Below, in pieces: positions 23,901-38,900 of a DNA stretch of 64,000 nucleotides. Each line of letters begins with the position of its first letter. The stretch's first letter is position 1. Made by a program: the position numbers and the translations under genes. This DNA comes from Vicugna vicugna (taxonomy: Eukaryota): positions 3,767,239-3,831,238 of the forward strand of contig MU058384.1 of the NCBI GenBank assembly GCA_013265495.1. The letters run 5' to 3'. The notes beneath the pieces are model-generated. The model worked only from the letters and a program-made list of their open reading frames with translations, was not told the origin of the DNA and searched no databases.

Positions 23901-26900
23901 AGAGGATTTTTTTAAAGATTGGAGCTGCTATGGTGAGGTTGAGTTAAGTAGGGGGGAATGTCTTGTTGCAGAGGGTGAGGATATGCAGTTACTTAAGCAT
24001 TAAATCCTAATAGCACACTAGATTCTGGGGTGAAGGCCAGTGGAATATTTTTACTTGCTCAGGCCTTGGAGTTATGCAAACAGAAGCTATTGCAAACTCA
24101 GAGTTTCATGATTGAGAAAGTAAACTTGTACTTTTTTTTTTATATAGGTTCAAAAAGGCATTTGAATCTGAGCCAACACTACAGTCAGGAATTAATTATG
24201 CGGTCCTCCTCCTGGCATCTGGGCACCAGTTTGAATCTTCCTTTGAGCTTCGAAAAGTTGGTAATTACAGCTTGATGTTTTACATGGAAGTCAAGAAACT
24301 GGACCCAACTTGGTGCAAAGAAAAAGAACTTTTTGTTAGATAGTCCCTTTGCTTTCTATCTCATCTGACTTTCCAGAAAAAAACGAATTACATCTCCTTG
24401 TTTGGTGTTTCATCGTTGTGCAGAATTCTGACATTGGGTTGTAATTCAATTTTTTAGTTTACTTTACCTGCTTCTAAAAATCCCCTAGTTAATATTTTTT
24501 TGTTCCAGCTCAAACTAGTATGAAAAATATGGGCTCTGCATTCAGCCCCCCAACTCCCAAATAAGGTAGTGTTTTGTGGAATATCAGGAAAGCTTCCTGT
24601 TTCAGATTGATTTTGCTTTCCTGGTGCTTCAAAAACAAAAAACAAAAAAAGAAAAGAAAAAAAAATGTGATATTTCCTATTTCTGTTTCACGTGCGCACC
24701 TGCCCCTGTGATTTCAGGGCAGTTGGAGGTCGAGCCTCCCAAGCTCCTAGAACAACAGCTCAAGCAGATGGCAGTCTTGGCAGTGACTGTTCTCCTCAGA
24801 GACCATCTCTGAATCGTAGCCATTGATAGAATGTGCTTTTGTCCTTTTTATCAGTGGACATTGTCTCATATGCTGACTCTTGTTCGGAATTTTAAAAAAT
24901 TAAGACACCTATTGAACACGTTTTGTGTGATTTCCTTGGTTCTGGCTTTGACAGCATTTTTTAAGATTCTAGATACTGAATATTGTCTAAGGTAATCAGA
25001 TTTTGCACTCTCTTGAGTGCCTAACCACCCTCTCTCAGAGAACCTTTCCAACTGTTGTAGGAGTTTTTACTGCAGACAGAGAAATATTTTGCCATATTTT
25101 TCGTAGAGAAAAAAAAATGGTGTGAAGCTATGAACTGTAGAAAAAACTTTTAAGATTTTTAACTGGAGAATGTTTTGCTCAATTTTTCGCAAAGAGGAAA
25201 ATGAGCCCTGGAATTTTTTTTTTTTCTTTTCATTATTTGGGAAGAGCTTGTAAAATTGCCTTATGTAATGTTCTGGAAAGTCTTTGAAGGCAAGTAAAGT
25301 TTGAATATTAAGTACTTTTTAAAAGACCCAGACTAAAAGAATGAATGCTTGTTGCTACTGAATTGTAATGGTATTCAGTGCACAAAGTTTTATCTGAAAT
25401 AATTTTTTTAGTTGGCAAATGAAATCAGAAAAAATACACTACAATCTGTGCTATTTGGAAATTACTATTTAAGGTTATTTTAAAAAACTCTATACTAACC
25501 AAATCTCCCTATACATTGGTGATCTAAAAATCATTTGTATTGCTCTGTTCTTGAACTTGAGGTTGAATCTTCCAGATCACTGCAGAAATTTACACTGCTT
25601 TGCATGTGTAAGTAGAGCAATAACAGAATGGTTTGAAATGTACCTATTCTAAATTCTCATTTTTAAGTTAAATGTAGATTAAGATGGTCATCAGTCTTCG
25701 AAGGGAGTAGATCTTAAATGTTCTCAACACACAAAAGAAATGGAAATTATATTACATGATGGAAGTGTTAGCTAATGCTATAGTGGTAATCATTTTGTCA
25801 GATATAAGTGTATCAAATCAACACTTTGTATACCTTAAACTTACACAATTTTATGTCAATTATATCTTTAAAAAGCTAGGGGAAAAAAGGATGGTCAGCA
25901 CTCTGAGGTTTGAGGAACTGTGATTACTGTAACTTTGTAAAGGAAACATACTTCGATTTTTTCCAAGAAGAACTCATTCATAATAATAATGTTGAACAAG
26001 CATTTGAAAACATATAAAGTTGAATTTTTAATTTTGGAAATTGCAAAACCTTGTTTAAAATATGACTTGACAATGAATTTTTAGCTCTTATAAGAGCTGT
26101 TTTAAGGTTCTAAAATACTGTACTGTACACTCTAAATTGTATGTCCTTAATAACTAAAAGGCAGTTAAAACTCACTAATTTAGATTCTACTCAGTCATAT
26201 ATTATGCTAATTAACATAAGAGGACCAAAAGATAATTTTTATGTGGTGAAATAGGATTAAAGGGATTTTCAAGGAAAAACAAGTTGACTAAATAAATGAA
26301 TATCTTAATATAATAATAATATTAACTAATAGTGTATAATAAAATAAGACTAGTAACATATCTGACATATTTTAAAGATATGCAGTTGCATTCTTTATTT
26401 AATCAAAATTTTCAGTAATTTATATCTTCTCTCTTTTTTTCTGTTGGTTGCCTGCAAGCATACAAATTAGTCTGAATTACTGAATTTCTAATAGTAATCA
26501 GACTTTTCTTTATGAAATCTTTTCTTTAGATGGGATTTTAAAGTTTGATTTATTTATAGAGAGTAAACAATTAAAAATTAAGATGTCATAAGATGATCAC
26601 TAAATCTGAAACTTTCCAAATATTATATTAAGTTTAGGACCTCTAATGTAAGAACAGTTTTTCACGGTCATCAGCTGTTGCCGAAAGAGTCTTAATTCTA
26701 GTTGTGTGTCTGTCTGAGGTTATGACTAGTTGCTTCATGATCTGTGTTTTATTTTCCCAGTTTTTTGAGTAATCATTGATGTTTGGACTATTTAGAACTA
26801 GGATTTAAAAATACAGAACCACATCTTACATCTTTATCCTATCTTCAGCTTCACAACCCTTAAAATTAATATTCAAACTTTAGCTAGACAGAAGATGATT

Positions 26901-29900
26901 CTCCTATCCTCTGTGGAATTTTCAACCGTGACACAGTATGGGATGATAATGTAATAAAAGAATAGTGTGATTGGAATTGAGACAAACCATTATTTGAATC
27001 TTATTTGCAAGGAGCAATAAAAATAAAATTTTTTACTGAATATAAAAATCCATGAATCTATACAGATAATCAAGAAAAAGAAAAGAAAAACAAAATTCAT
27101 CACCAACCACAAGACAACTCAATTGTCATCTGTGAAGGTGACCAAATTCTCAGAAAATTGAAAATCATAGGGAAAAAATTTAGTACTTTCCCTTCCTTTT
27201 AAAGGGATACTATAGTTCATCCAGTTGAGGAGATAAAGGTCTTCTTAAGGCATGCTACATACTACTATGTAATTCTTCAGGAGAATGTAGTCTTCAAAAG
27301 AACTGTAGCCAATAAACGAAAGGGAATAATAAAGCTGATGATAGTGATGTTGAAATAATCATTCTGAAATGATCATCAAATAGAACTAAAACTATTAAGT
27401 GGGAATCTTTACTTTAAAAATTTTTTTTTCGTTTACCATATTTGCATGATACCGAAGCTCACCCAGAGATTACTTGTTAATCACAAAGAAACAAATGTAC
27501 CTGTGCTATCCTTTGTATATATCCCTTGCAGGGTCCAGCTGTCAGTGATCCAACTAGCATCTCTAATAGTGGGATGGCTGGGCTTATGCCACCTGATATG
27601 GTGACTGTGAAGTAGGCAGCATCTCCTGTGAAATAGTCTTGCCAAAAATGTTTAACCTGGATCTTAAGATCTAACAGTTAGTTAATAGGAATCACAGTGG
27701 CTAGAGAAATAAATCAAACAACACCATGAAGCGCCATCAGACAGATCCAGAATGTGAAGACATTCTATTGGACTTCCCTCCTGGACTCGTCAAAAGGTCA
27801 ATGTCATAGGAAAAAAAAAAGTCTGGGTGGATTGGTTAGGTTGAAAGAGATTTAGACGGGGGAGGGTATAGTGAGTGCTTAGCATGCATGAGGTCCTGGG
27901 TTCAGTCCCCAGTACCTCCATTAAAAATAAACACATAAATATGTAATTACTTGCCCCCCAAAAAAGAGCCCCACCAAAAAAAAAAAGAGAGAGGATTTAG
28001 AGATATAAAAAATAAATGCAGTTAATGATCCTTGTTTGGATTCTAGTTTGAAAATAAAAAGCTATAAGAGATATTTGGAGAACAATTAGGAAATTTGAAT
28101 CAGGGCTAGATGTTAGATAATATTAGAAAATTATTACTTTTGTTAGGTTCAGTAATCAAATAGGATATGTAGGAGAATTTTTAAAGATATATGCTGCAGT
28201 ACTTAAGGGTGAAATGTCACAACATCTGTAATTTAACTCAAAATGGTTTAGAAAAAATATTCAGGGAGATGAAGCAATAACAAAATGTTAGCCATTCCTG
28301 AATATGTGGTCATTCATTGTAGAAGTTTGTCTACTTTCATGTATGCTGGGAATTCTTCACAATGGAAAGTTAAGATGAAAATCTAATCTCCACCAGGGCT
28401 GTGTGACTTGGAACAAGTTGCTCAACATCTCTCAGCCTTTTTTTTTTTTCCCTCACTGCAAAAGGGAGATAATCTCCAACTCACTGTGTTGTTTGGGGAT
28501 TGAAGAATTACATTTTCAATGTGCTGTGCACAGTGCTAAGTACATAATGAGCATTCAGTGAAGGCTTCATTTCCTACCTTTCTCTATTAAAACAGCCTTG
28601 CGTCTAATAGCAGCTGCAAGATGTAAAAGCTGTGATAGAAACTAAGCTATTAAAAAAATCTTCAATTCTTAGAAGTCAACCAGTTCTAATTAGAGCATTG
28701 TCAAAATTTAAATTGCCTAAACAGACAATTGAATCGAAGAACTGATATTTAAAAGAGCAATGACGTACTATTCATTGCTTATAAAGTTTAGCCAAATTTT
28801 TTTTAAATAATGAAAAGTATCCAGATGGTAAGGACTTGGTAAAAAGATATAGTCATCCATCAGCAATAATTTGGCCCCAGAGATCAAGAGCCTTAAAGGT
28901 GTTATAGCCTGGAACCAAATATAACGCTACCTCTGAGATGCTATCCTATGGAAATAATCCTAAATATGAAACAAAGTTTATGCACTAAGATGTTTATTCC
29001 TATATTCCTTGGCTGGGAGGTGGGGGTGGAAGGGGAATGGAGAGAGAGAGAAATCCCAAATATAAAAAATTAGAGCCATGTTCTAACTCCATACTTAAAA
29101 AAGATGACTGTCTTTATGTAGACAATTTCATCCATCATGTGGAAAGAACGTATAAGTTAATTCACAAAAGAAATACAAATATATGAAAAGACAGTCTGAA
29201 AAGACAGTCGATCTCAGCGGTTAAAAAAAGACAAAGTTCCATTTGTTTCCTCCATCAGACTGGCAAAGACAAAAAGACATGATAATATCTATAATATCAA
29301 CACTTAAAAGGAACATATCTTCTGTCCCCAACAAGTCCAGGTTTAAGACTTTATTACAAAGAAATAATTGAACAAGTGCACAAAGCTATGTGTACAAGAA
29401 TGTTTACAGTAATAAAAAGCAGCCACCATCTGCATTTGGGTAAATAAATCTCCGAAGGTTGAATGGCTCAGCATCACAATCATGTGACAAGTTTATGCCG
29501 GGGCCAAAACTAAAGGTCACTATCATTGAATGAACTTAGGGTATGCAAGAATAAATCTGAAATTTTATTTCAAAACGAATATTTTTATTTTACTATCAAC
29601 CACTTTCATAGTCCCTATTTAAATGTTTAAATGGTTTAGTGCTACATGAGTCCTGGATTCATTGTCCTGAAAGTATGACACAAAAAAGAGATGTTCATTT
29701 CTAACTGAGGTTGGTAGAGACACGCATTTTTGTATCTAATTTTCCCTCTGCACTTTCTCCTTCCGTTTGTGTTTGTCGTATTTTTTATGTTTAGATAGGA
29801 GATCATAGATGTTTTGCATACACATGTATAGTTTTTTTCATCTCATGAAATTTTAAGGTGGCAAAGTTGTTCTCTTTTTAATTTATCATCACAAAATGTG

Positions 29901-32900
29901 AAGAATTCTCAAATGGACTTTTCCCTATTTTACTCAGGGCTTAAGTGGAATTATATAATAAAAAGCAGCAGAAAGTTTTTTAAAAGATTATTTTGTTTCA
30001 TTAAAGTATACTTTTCAAAAAAGGTAACTTCATAACTCTCAGGAAATATAAAATGGACCCCGTGTAGAAGATTTTATTTAACTCAACATGGAAAACAGTA
30101 AGAGGCTATGTCTCATTCAAACTGTGTTTAAGAAGCTAGGGTATTCATAGAGAACGTAACACAGAAATATTAGAGTAAGATTTCTGAGTATGATTTTTTA
30201 AAACAAATTTATGTCCAACTAACTTTTTTAAAGTTTATATGTTTAAGGTTATAAATCTTAGGAATTAACTGTTTCACTAGACAGAAATGATCTGTATCTT
30301 TACTAAACAAAAACATACAAGTTAACAAGCAAACTTCTCTAAGTCTGAGATCGTTAAATGAAATAGTAAAAAGTGAGAAGAACTAGCTACACTTTCAGTA
30401 GACAGTCCTTGAGTACCTTATGCCCCCATATGATATTAAAATGACGTGTTCCACCTTTTTATCTTACTCCCAAATCTCAGATAACTTTTCTGACACTTTA
30501 ATGTATTTTTGTTTGTTTTATTGAAGTATAGTCAGTTTATAATGTTGCATCAATTTCTGGTATACAGCGTAATGTTTCAGTCATACATGTACAAACATAT
30601 ATTCCTTTTCATATTCTTTTTTCATTATAGGTTACTACAAGATATTGAATATAGTTCCCTGTGCTATACACTAAAAACTTGTTTATCTATTTTATGACAC
30701 TTTAATGTTATGGATGTTGGTGACACTAAAAATTCTACAGGGACATATTATTTTTAAGCAAACACATACTTACAATTGCAAAAATAATACAAGAGAGAGT
30801 AGACATAAAAAATTAGAATGAAATACAAAGAACCTAGAAGTACCAAAGCCGTGTTGAAAAACAACAAAGTTGGTGGATTTACGTGACCTGATTTCAAGTC
30901 TTGTTATAAAGCCTCAGTAATCAAGACAGTGTTATGTCAGCTTCTTTATTTCTTTAACTTTATAAGTGTATAATAACTGTTTTGCATATAAGTTATTAAT
31001 TATGTAGCATTTTATTCTTGTGGGATATATGTACTGTATACATTTCAACTGACTGATAGAATTTCAGTATATTTCCCTTTCCAGTAACTAAAGACTCCAT
31101 GCTATAATAAGGGAAAGGAGCTTACAGAGCAAGCCGTTTAGTGTTATCACCTTTCAATATATGCATAGAGAGGCATACATAAAAATCCTGGAGTGATGTA
31201 CATCAATATTACAGTGGCAGTTATTTGGGGGTTTTTTCATTAAAGGGAAATTTTCACTTTCTTTTGTGTACCTTTCTGATTAGTCTGACTTTTTTTTTTT
31301 TACAATGAACATAAGCCCTTTTTAGAATCAGAAACTTCAGGCTATTTTAATCTGAAAGGAGGAATGAAAGCTTAATTTTGCTTTTTAATAAAAACTCAGC
31401 TCTACCTGTCTGCTGTGTGTCTGTAACTTTATTCTTCCTGTTCATCTTCTAGGCGTGAAGCTAAGTAGCCTTCTTGGTAAAAAGGGAAACTTGGAAAAAC
31501 TCCAGAGCTACTGGGAAGTTGGATTTTTTCTGGGGGCAAGTGTCCTGGCCAATGACCACTTGAGAGTCATTCAAGCATCTGAAAAGCTTTTCAAACTGAA
31601 GACACCAGCATGGTAATAGGAGATTGTTAGATGTTTATGCATTTATTTTTAATGAAAGCTCCTGTCACTTTTTTCTAAACTGAAATTTGTTGAACCGACA
31701 GGTGATTTTATTTGCTTAGAGAATAAAATGCAGAATCTAGAGGAAAAAATGATCGATGCCCATAAATAAAATGTGTTGTCTGTAGGTTCTAATGACTTTA
31801 GACACAGGTGATGTCTGCTGGCCACCAAGCTTAGCCTTTCTGTCACAATGACCAACCCACTAGCCCAGGTTGGCCAGTGTTACCCACTTGAATCATGCAG
31901 AGGCCTCGAATTTTACACCTGCAACTCGAATCAGCAGTTTCACAAGCTTCTTCCCCTCTCAGCCTCCAGGCCTCTGCTCCAAACACGTGTCCTTTGTTTC
32001 CTTCAGGATCTGATCTCACTTTTGGAATTCTCCTTCTCGATTTTCACTTCTTTTGACTGAGGGTTCACTGACGCCTTTATGTGTTTCCTGTATTTGTGTG
32101 TTTTTCTAATTTCAGATTGTTCTTGGGATGCACCTGTCTCATCACTATGTATGCGGTCATTGGAGAGAGGAAAGCAAAATTCCATCTGCATTCAGGACTG
32201 CTTTTTTTTAATGCTAACTTTATTATGCATCACATGTAATGATTGACCATTAGCTATAAAGACTTTAAAAGGTTAACTGTGATATCAAGAAAGGCTTAGA
32301 GCAGCTCAGAGCTCAGACCATGGAGTTTTTTTTTTCATCAGAGGGACTGTTTGAGGAGATGCCCACCACAGTAGACCTTCATGGCTTCTTAAAGTGCTTT
32401 TTCACCTTCAGGTCTCTTTCATTAGCAAATTCTCTTCAGCATCACTCCCTTAATGATCTTTCTAAAATGCATGTCTGGTCCTTCCCTTCCACAGAAATCT
32501 TTAAATCAGTATCATTTAATGGCTCCTCACAGCCTAAGGGATAAAGTCCATCTCCTTGGCGTGGCAAACAAGGCTTGCCCTTAGTCATTAAAGCTCAGCT
32601 CTTGTCACACCCTAGGTTTATGCTGCTCTCTGTTTCCACTGAACACGCCAGATTTTGGCTTTGTGCCTTTGTGTCTCAGCACACGCTGAGCATCCCCTTC
32701 CTTCAGTCTTCTCCTCTACCTGGGGACACTCGCAAATCCTGTCTGCTGGTAAATCACACCGTGACCTCACACCCCGCCCTGCACCCAGAGAGAAGATGAC
32801 AGATGTTGTTACATACACACATGTGATCCTTTCATCTCAGGCATTTTTCTTCTTTCGTGTTTCCGTCATTCTTTAGTCATATCTACTGATGTTGAGTGTA

Positions 32901-35900
32901 TGACTTTTGTTAGCTGTATGTCTGTTAGTTGCAGCTCCGTGGATATTTATTTTCACAGTGCTATCACACCTTTTACATTTCTGTCTTCTTGGCACTAGGT
33001 GCAGCTTGAGAACAGGGCTGTCCTGTTAGTGGCCTGTCAACAGCAGGCATTCAGCCAATGACATGAAATAAATGAACCAATAAATGCATGTGTCTGTCAC
33101 ATGCAACCAAATTGGTTATTTCTTTATGATGACCATTCTGATAGTGGAGGAAGAGACTGAACCACAGGTACAAAGAGCTTTGGTCTGAGGTGTCCTGGCT
33201 TCTACGGACAATAAACAGAAGTTATTTTATGCAATGGTAATAACAACTACAAAACTATGCCGTAAGTTTCTGTAGTTTAATGTTAACTTCTATGTCTATA
33301 GTTTACAAAGTGCTTACATACTCATTATCTCATGTGATTATCTTGCTCCTTATTTTTTCCTAACTTCTTCCTTTGAGGCACCATCTGTCATAAGGTTTGA
33401 GGACATTTGTATAATATGTGTGAGCTGAGTTACTTCAGCGCAAAATAATGTCTCTTATGAAGTGTCTATCCAGAAAAGCTTTCTCAAGGAAGCATGTTTT
33501 AAAACAAATGCACTAACCACTTCCTTGAATAGAATATGGGCATTATTTTATTTTATTTTTAATTTTTTTTATTGGAGTGTAGTTGATTTACAATGTTAGT
33601 GTCAGGTGTACAGCAAAGCAACTCAGTTATACATATAGAAATTCATATATCTTTTAAGATCTTTTTCCACTATATATTATTACAAAAAATTGAATTTATT
33701 TCCCTGTGCTATACAGTAGGTCCTTGCTGTTTATTTATTTTATATATAGTGATGTGTATCTGTTAATCCCAAACTCCTAATATATCCTTCCCCTGCTCTT
33801 TCCCCTTTGGTAACCATAATTTGTTTCCTGTGACTGTGAATTGACATTATTTTAAAAGTCATGTTTTAAGTAGATGCATTGTCCAGCCCATGTTACTTAA
33901 GCTCTCTAGGCCTCAGTTTCCTCATCTTTACAATGGTGATAGAACAGCCTACTTTACTGAATTTTTGTGAGATTTAAAAGAGATAATATATGATAGTACA
34001 TGACAAGTAGCAAATAATGGGTAGTGTTTGGTGACTATGAATGTATAATTATTAATGCCGTCTTTTGATTACATCTGCAGAATACGACTGGGATACATGG
34101 GAGCAGGTGGTTCTAACTTTGCTTATTACGTGTTTTATATCGTTTGATTTTTAGGTACCTCAAGTCTATTGTAGAGACAATTTTGATATATAAGCATTTT
34201 GTGAAACTGACTTCAGAACAGCCTGTGGCCAAACAGGAACTTGTGGACTTCTGGATGGATTTCCTGGTCGAGGCCACAAAGACAGATGTCACTGTAGTTA
34301 GGTTTCCAGTAAGTACTTTCATTTAACTCAACTCTACCTACGTTTCTATTTTGTTTCTTTTATTTAAAGAACATCTTACATGTGTGATTGTAACAGTATT
34401 AATGTGCTAATTTTCATGCCCTAAAATGAAGACGTTCATCTGGTTAGTATATTTATTTTCTGCAAATTGGTTTGCTTTAGCTTACTTTTAAAAATAACTT
34501 CTCAAAATCAGAGAATTCAGATGTGTTTTTATGTTTTTGCCACAAAACTTGGTAGTTTCCTTTGATAAGTTGTTAAAGCATGCTTTCCCAAGAAAAGATT
34601 ATCTCTTTAACTCAGGAAGGTATCTCTTCAGACCAGAGGGATGGGTGCTTTTAATTCACACCACAGTTTCATTGACCTTGTCATCAATATCATCAACGTA
34701 ATTGTGGTGAAGAGTGTCAGGCTCACCTGCATTGTTACTCCATCTCTGCTACTTATTACTACGTGGTTCAGAGTTGGATGTGGTAACCCCTGTCACTTTT
34801 TCAGTGCTTTAGATCATGGGAACTGATGTCTCAAAGGTTCTAATCTGCAGCTCATTGGCTAGTCTCTAAATATTTAAATGTATAATACATACACACACAC
34901 ACACACACACACTTTTAAAAATACATGGTCCATCTCAGCTGGTGCCATCCCCATCCTGATAGTTCTTGGAATTCCATCCAAAGCAGTATAGGTTTAGCAT
35001 CCAATTCAAGAATTACTGGCAACTCACTGCGTGCACAGATCTCTTCCCACGTCAACGTGATGCCATAAATCTCTCTGTGTGAGCTCTCTCTCTTAGTCTC
35101 AGGCTTCCATATACGGAGGTGGTGACAACTCTCAATTCTTTTTATAAAATCTTGTTTTCTAGTTCTAGTTGATAGGATCAAATATTTCATTTATTAAGCC
35201 CGTTGCTGGCGTTAACATGGTTCCTGTACTCTTGCTTCCAGATGAAGCCTTAAGCTCAGCAGGAGCTTTAGTTGAAAAGCCTTTCAGACTAAAACACTTC
35301 ACTCTATTTTCTAGCATAGATTATGTGTAGCTTAGGAAAATAGTTATCTCTGAGTGAGCTGGCAGCTTGCCTTTAGCTGGGGCTCTGATGAGAGTAAATG
35401 CGGTCGTGAAAGTAGGCAGAGCAGGACTCAAGTATTTAATCAGCTGTTGATTCGATAGACTAAGAAAGTTGGCTATGAAAGGAAACCTCTCATGTTAGCC
35501 ATTCTGAGCTAATTTAAATTACTTTAATATGAATTAGTCTGTCATAATGTGATTTAAAAAAAAAAAACAGAAAATAGTAAGAGAGAAGTTAGGAGAATAT
35601 AGGTGTATACTGCAGGAAAGAGAGGCTTTCTTAAGCTAGAAAGGGACCTATAAGCCCTAAAGGCAAATATTGACCAACTTGATTTCATTAAAAATTCAAG
35701 TAGATAGGGCGAGAATATTTAATACTGATGCAGCAAAATGATCCATTTGCCTAATATACAAAAAAAAAAAAAGAAACAAACTCACACAAAAAACCCAACT
35801 CCTACAAATTGGCAAGCAAAAGAAATAGACAATTGGGCAAATCGTATGAAAAGATAATTAACCTTCGTGAGTAGTCTAAAAAAGTGCAAATTAACGCAAG

Positions 35901-38900
35901 ACACCATTCTAACTGTGCCATTTGGCGTGTATGCAAATGTATCTGTAGGATAAATTCCCAGAAGTGGAATTGATCCATATTACATGTTGCCTTCCATAGG
36001 GATGATATCAATTGACAATTCACACCAACTACATAGGAGACCAACTGCTTTCATAAAGTCTTTCCAGAAAAGTATTTATCAGATTTGTACTTCCGCTAAA
36101 CTTTTAGGTGAAAAATGGCATATTGGGGTAGTTTTAATTAGTATTTCTCTTATCATGCCTGAGGTTGTGCATATGATTCAGTTTATATGTTTGAAAGACC
36201 ATTCAGTGATTTAAAGAAAAGAATTTGTTTTGATTTTGTAATAACATATAATGAAAAAGAATCTGAAAAAAAATATGTAGGTATAAGTATAACTGAATCG
36301 CTTTGCTGTACACCTGAAACTAATAACATTGTAAATCCAACTGCACTTCAACAAAAACCAAAAGTAAAAAAAAGAAAAGAAGAAGAAGAATGTTGCCACC
36401 ATTTAAAAATAGAGTTAGACCTTCAATGCTGGCTGTGAGGGAGTAAATGGTATTTATATGGCTAAAAATAGCTATAAAATCTGAGAGAATCTTTTCTTGG
36501 GAAAACACACTTTGCAACTTATCAAAGGAAACCACCAAAATATATAAAACTGTTTGCAGGCTTTAAACAGCAGTCATCTCAGGGCTGCCATCCTTGAAAG
36601 GGGAGATACTTGAGTTTAGTCCCACCTTCACCTGCTCTTTTTTTCACATACGATCGTTTTTCTGGCTGCAGCCTAAGGAGGTGGAGCCCTAAGAGGAAGT
36701 GGCTTGTCCCTGGGCAGAGCCAGTCCATGTTCAGGACTCTACGGTAGCTGAAATATGAGGCACATGGTGTTGGAGAAGGGGAAGCCCTCAAGAGTAAATC
36801 CCAGGATTCTGAGTGTTTCCCTTGAGTCCTAGGGCAGCCGCTCCTGGACAGTGTGAACAAGGAGTAAACACGTTGTGAATAAACCCAACTACCGGTGCCA
36901 ATATTTGATTGGAATTCGGTTTTGCATGAAACCTACAAAGCTTAGGTATGTTCCCTTACTAGTTAGGAGATCAGGACCAGACGTGGCAGAGAGCATCTTT
37001 TGGAAGGCTGACAGCTGTACAGATACTGCAGAGCTTAAATAACGCAGGGGTGGAGTGTCAGATTTTGGGCCTACGTAAAGGGATGTGACCGTGATGAACA
37101 GCCCAGGTATTTAGTTGAGCCCATGCTTTCCCTGTAAGAGCAAAACTGAAACAGACCCACCCTGACAAAGCCAAAATAAAATTAATCCTTGGTAGTATCA
37201 AGATCATACACTGATAATTTGTTACCTTGGGGCCAAAAACAAAAACAAGCAAAAAAGAACTTTGGAAAGATATTATCCTGAGCCTCTACACCGTGTCATT
37301 CAGATGTAATTAAAGCTCACTAGACATTCCAAGAAGCAGGAAAAAGTGACTGATGACAAGAGCTAAACCAGCCAATAGAGGTATTCCCCGAGGTGATTCT
37401 TATATGGGAGTTACCAGATAAGGACGACAAAAAAGTATAACTACTGTGTTAAAGAAAATACAGGAAAAGCTCGACCAAATGGATGAAAAGGTGGAGTTTT
37501 TCAACTGAAAAATAAAGTTTATGAAAAAGTCAAATGAAACATGAGAATTGTTCACATAAACATCCAGATTTTTAACTTTGGAAACTTAAAGGCATGAGCA
37601 GTTTGTGACTGGATTCTCCAAAAGCAGTGGCTGCTACCCTGTGAGATGTTAATTACAGTCCCATCCATCCTGCTTCACTCACTTTTCCCACCCAGGCCAC
37701 TCCGTGTGGCTATTGGAATGTGCTGCCCACGCTCTACTGCATAGGGAAAGGCAAGCTTCTAGTACCTGGTTCTAGTGGTTCTATGTGAGTCACAGTTAAT
37801 CTTGCTGTCCTTAGAGTAGCATCTTCTGTGGGTCACATTTGTGGAGGCTGCAGTAGGTCTCGATTGGGTGATTACATTATCCTTCTTTGGAAGTGGATTT
37901 AATGAAAACCAGATAACTTATATTAGACCATATTGAATTTGATTGTCTCCATTTCTCTCTCTACCATATGCTTTCTCATTCCGCTGAGAAATAACTGTGA
38001 CCCTGGGGAAAAGAAAACAGACAGAAGTTTCTCTGGAAGATGATTTGAATGGTTCCATCGTTTATTAGTTTGGGCTTAGTTTGATTTATTCTTTTTCCTC
38101 ACCTCTCCTCTGTGTATATTTTTTTTCCTTCCTACTTTGAAAAGTTAGGAGACTGTCAACCTATCACTTCATGTCGGGAGAGAGGGAGAGGAGGGTGGTG
38201 CTTTCTCAGACTCTGTAGGAGACTGGATGTATCACTCTTTAGAGTTTACAGGCCTTGCCATCTTCCTTCACGCTTCAGAAGTTAGCGGTTACTTGTAATG
38301 CTAACCGATATAAAAGACTAGAAACTAAAAGCAGGAACATGTATACTCTCAAGCGAGTTGTAGCTGACTGGTTTTGTGAAATTGCCTCCTTTTCCTTGTC
38401 TTTTCTCAGCCCTACTGTGACATCCATAATGTGTGCTGCAAATTCCTCACATTTTGTTGTTTCAAGGGCGGTTCAAAGGGCTCAGTAAATGTTAGACAGT
38501 AATAATTGCAACCAGTTTTTCTTCGTTATCTGAAGATAGGAAACACATAGTTCAGATTGTATCTGTTAGAAATATTTGAGACAACAATAAAGCCATAATT
38601 TAAGAGAGGAGATAATCTGGTGCAGTGCTTGTCGCCTGTTAGATAGCATGCCCGCGTCAGTTGGGGAACAAGGTAAGTTCTCATTTGTCAGTGGAGTGAC
38701 TTGGATGCTGTTTGGGGAATCCCACCTTTTATTCCCTATTATTTGCTTTAATTTCACAAACACTGGGATACTCAGATTTGACAGCACCACTTCCCCAAAG
38801 TTGAGATTGAAAATTGATTTTCATTATTAACCAGTGCCACTTAGTTCTCTGTTGATTGGAATTTGGACCTTGATTCACCCAGTGTGTTTCTGAATCAGAG

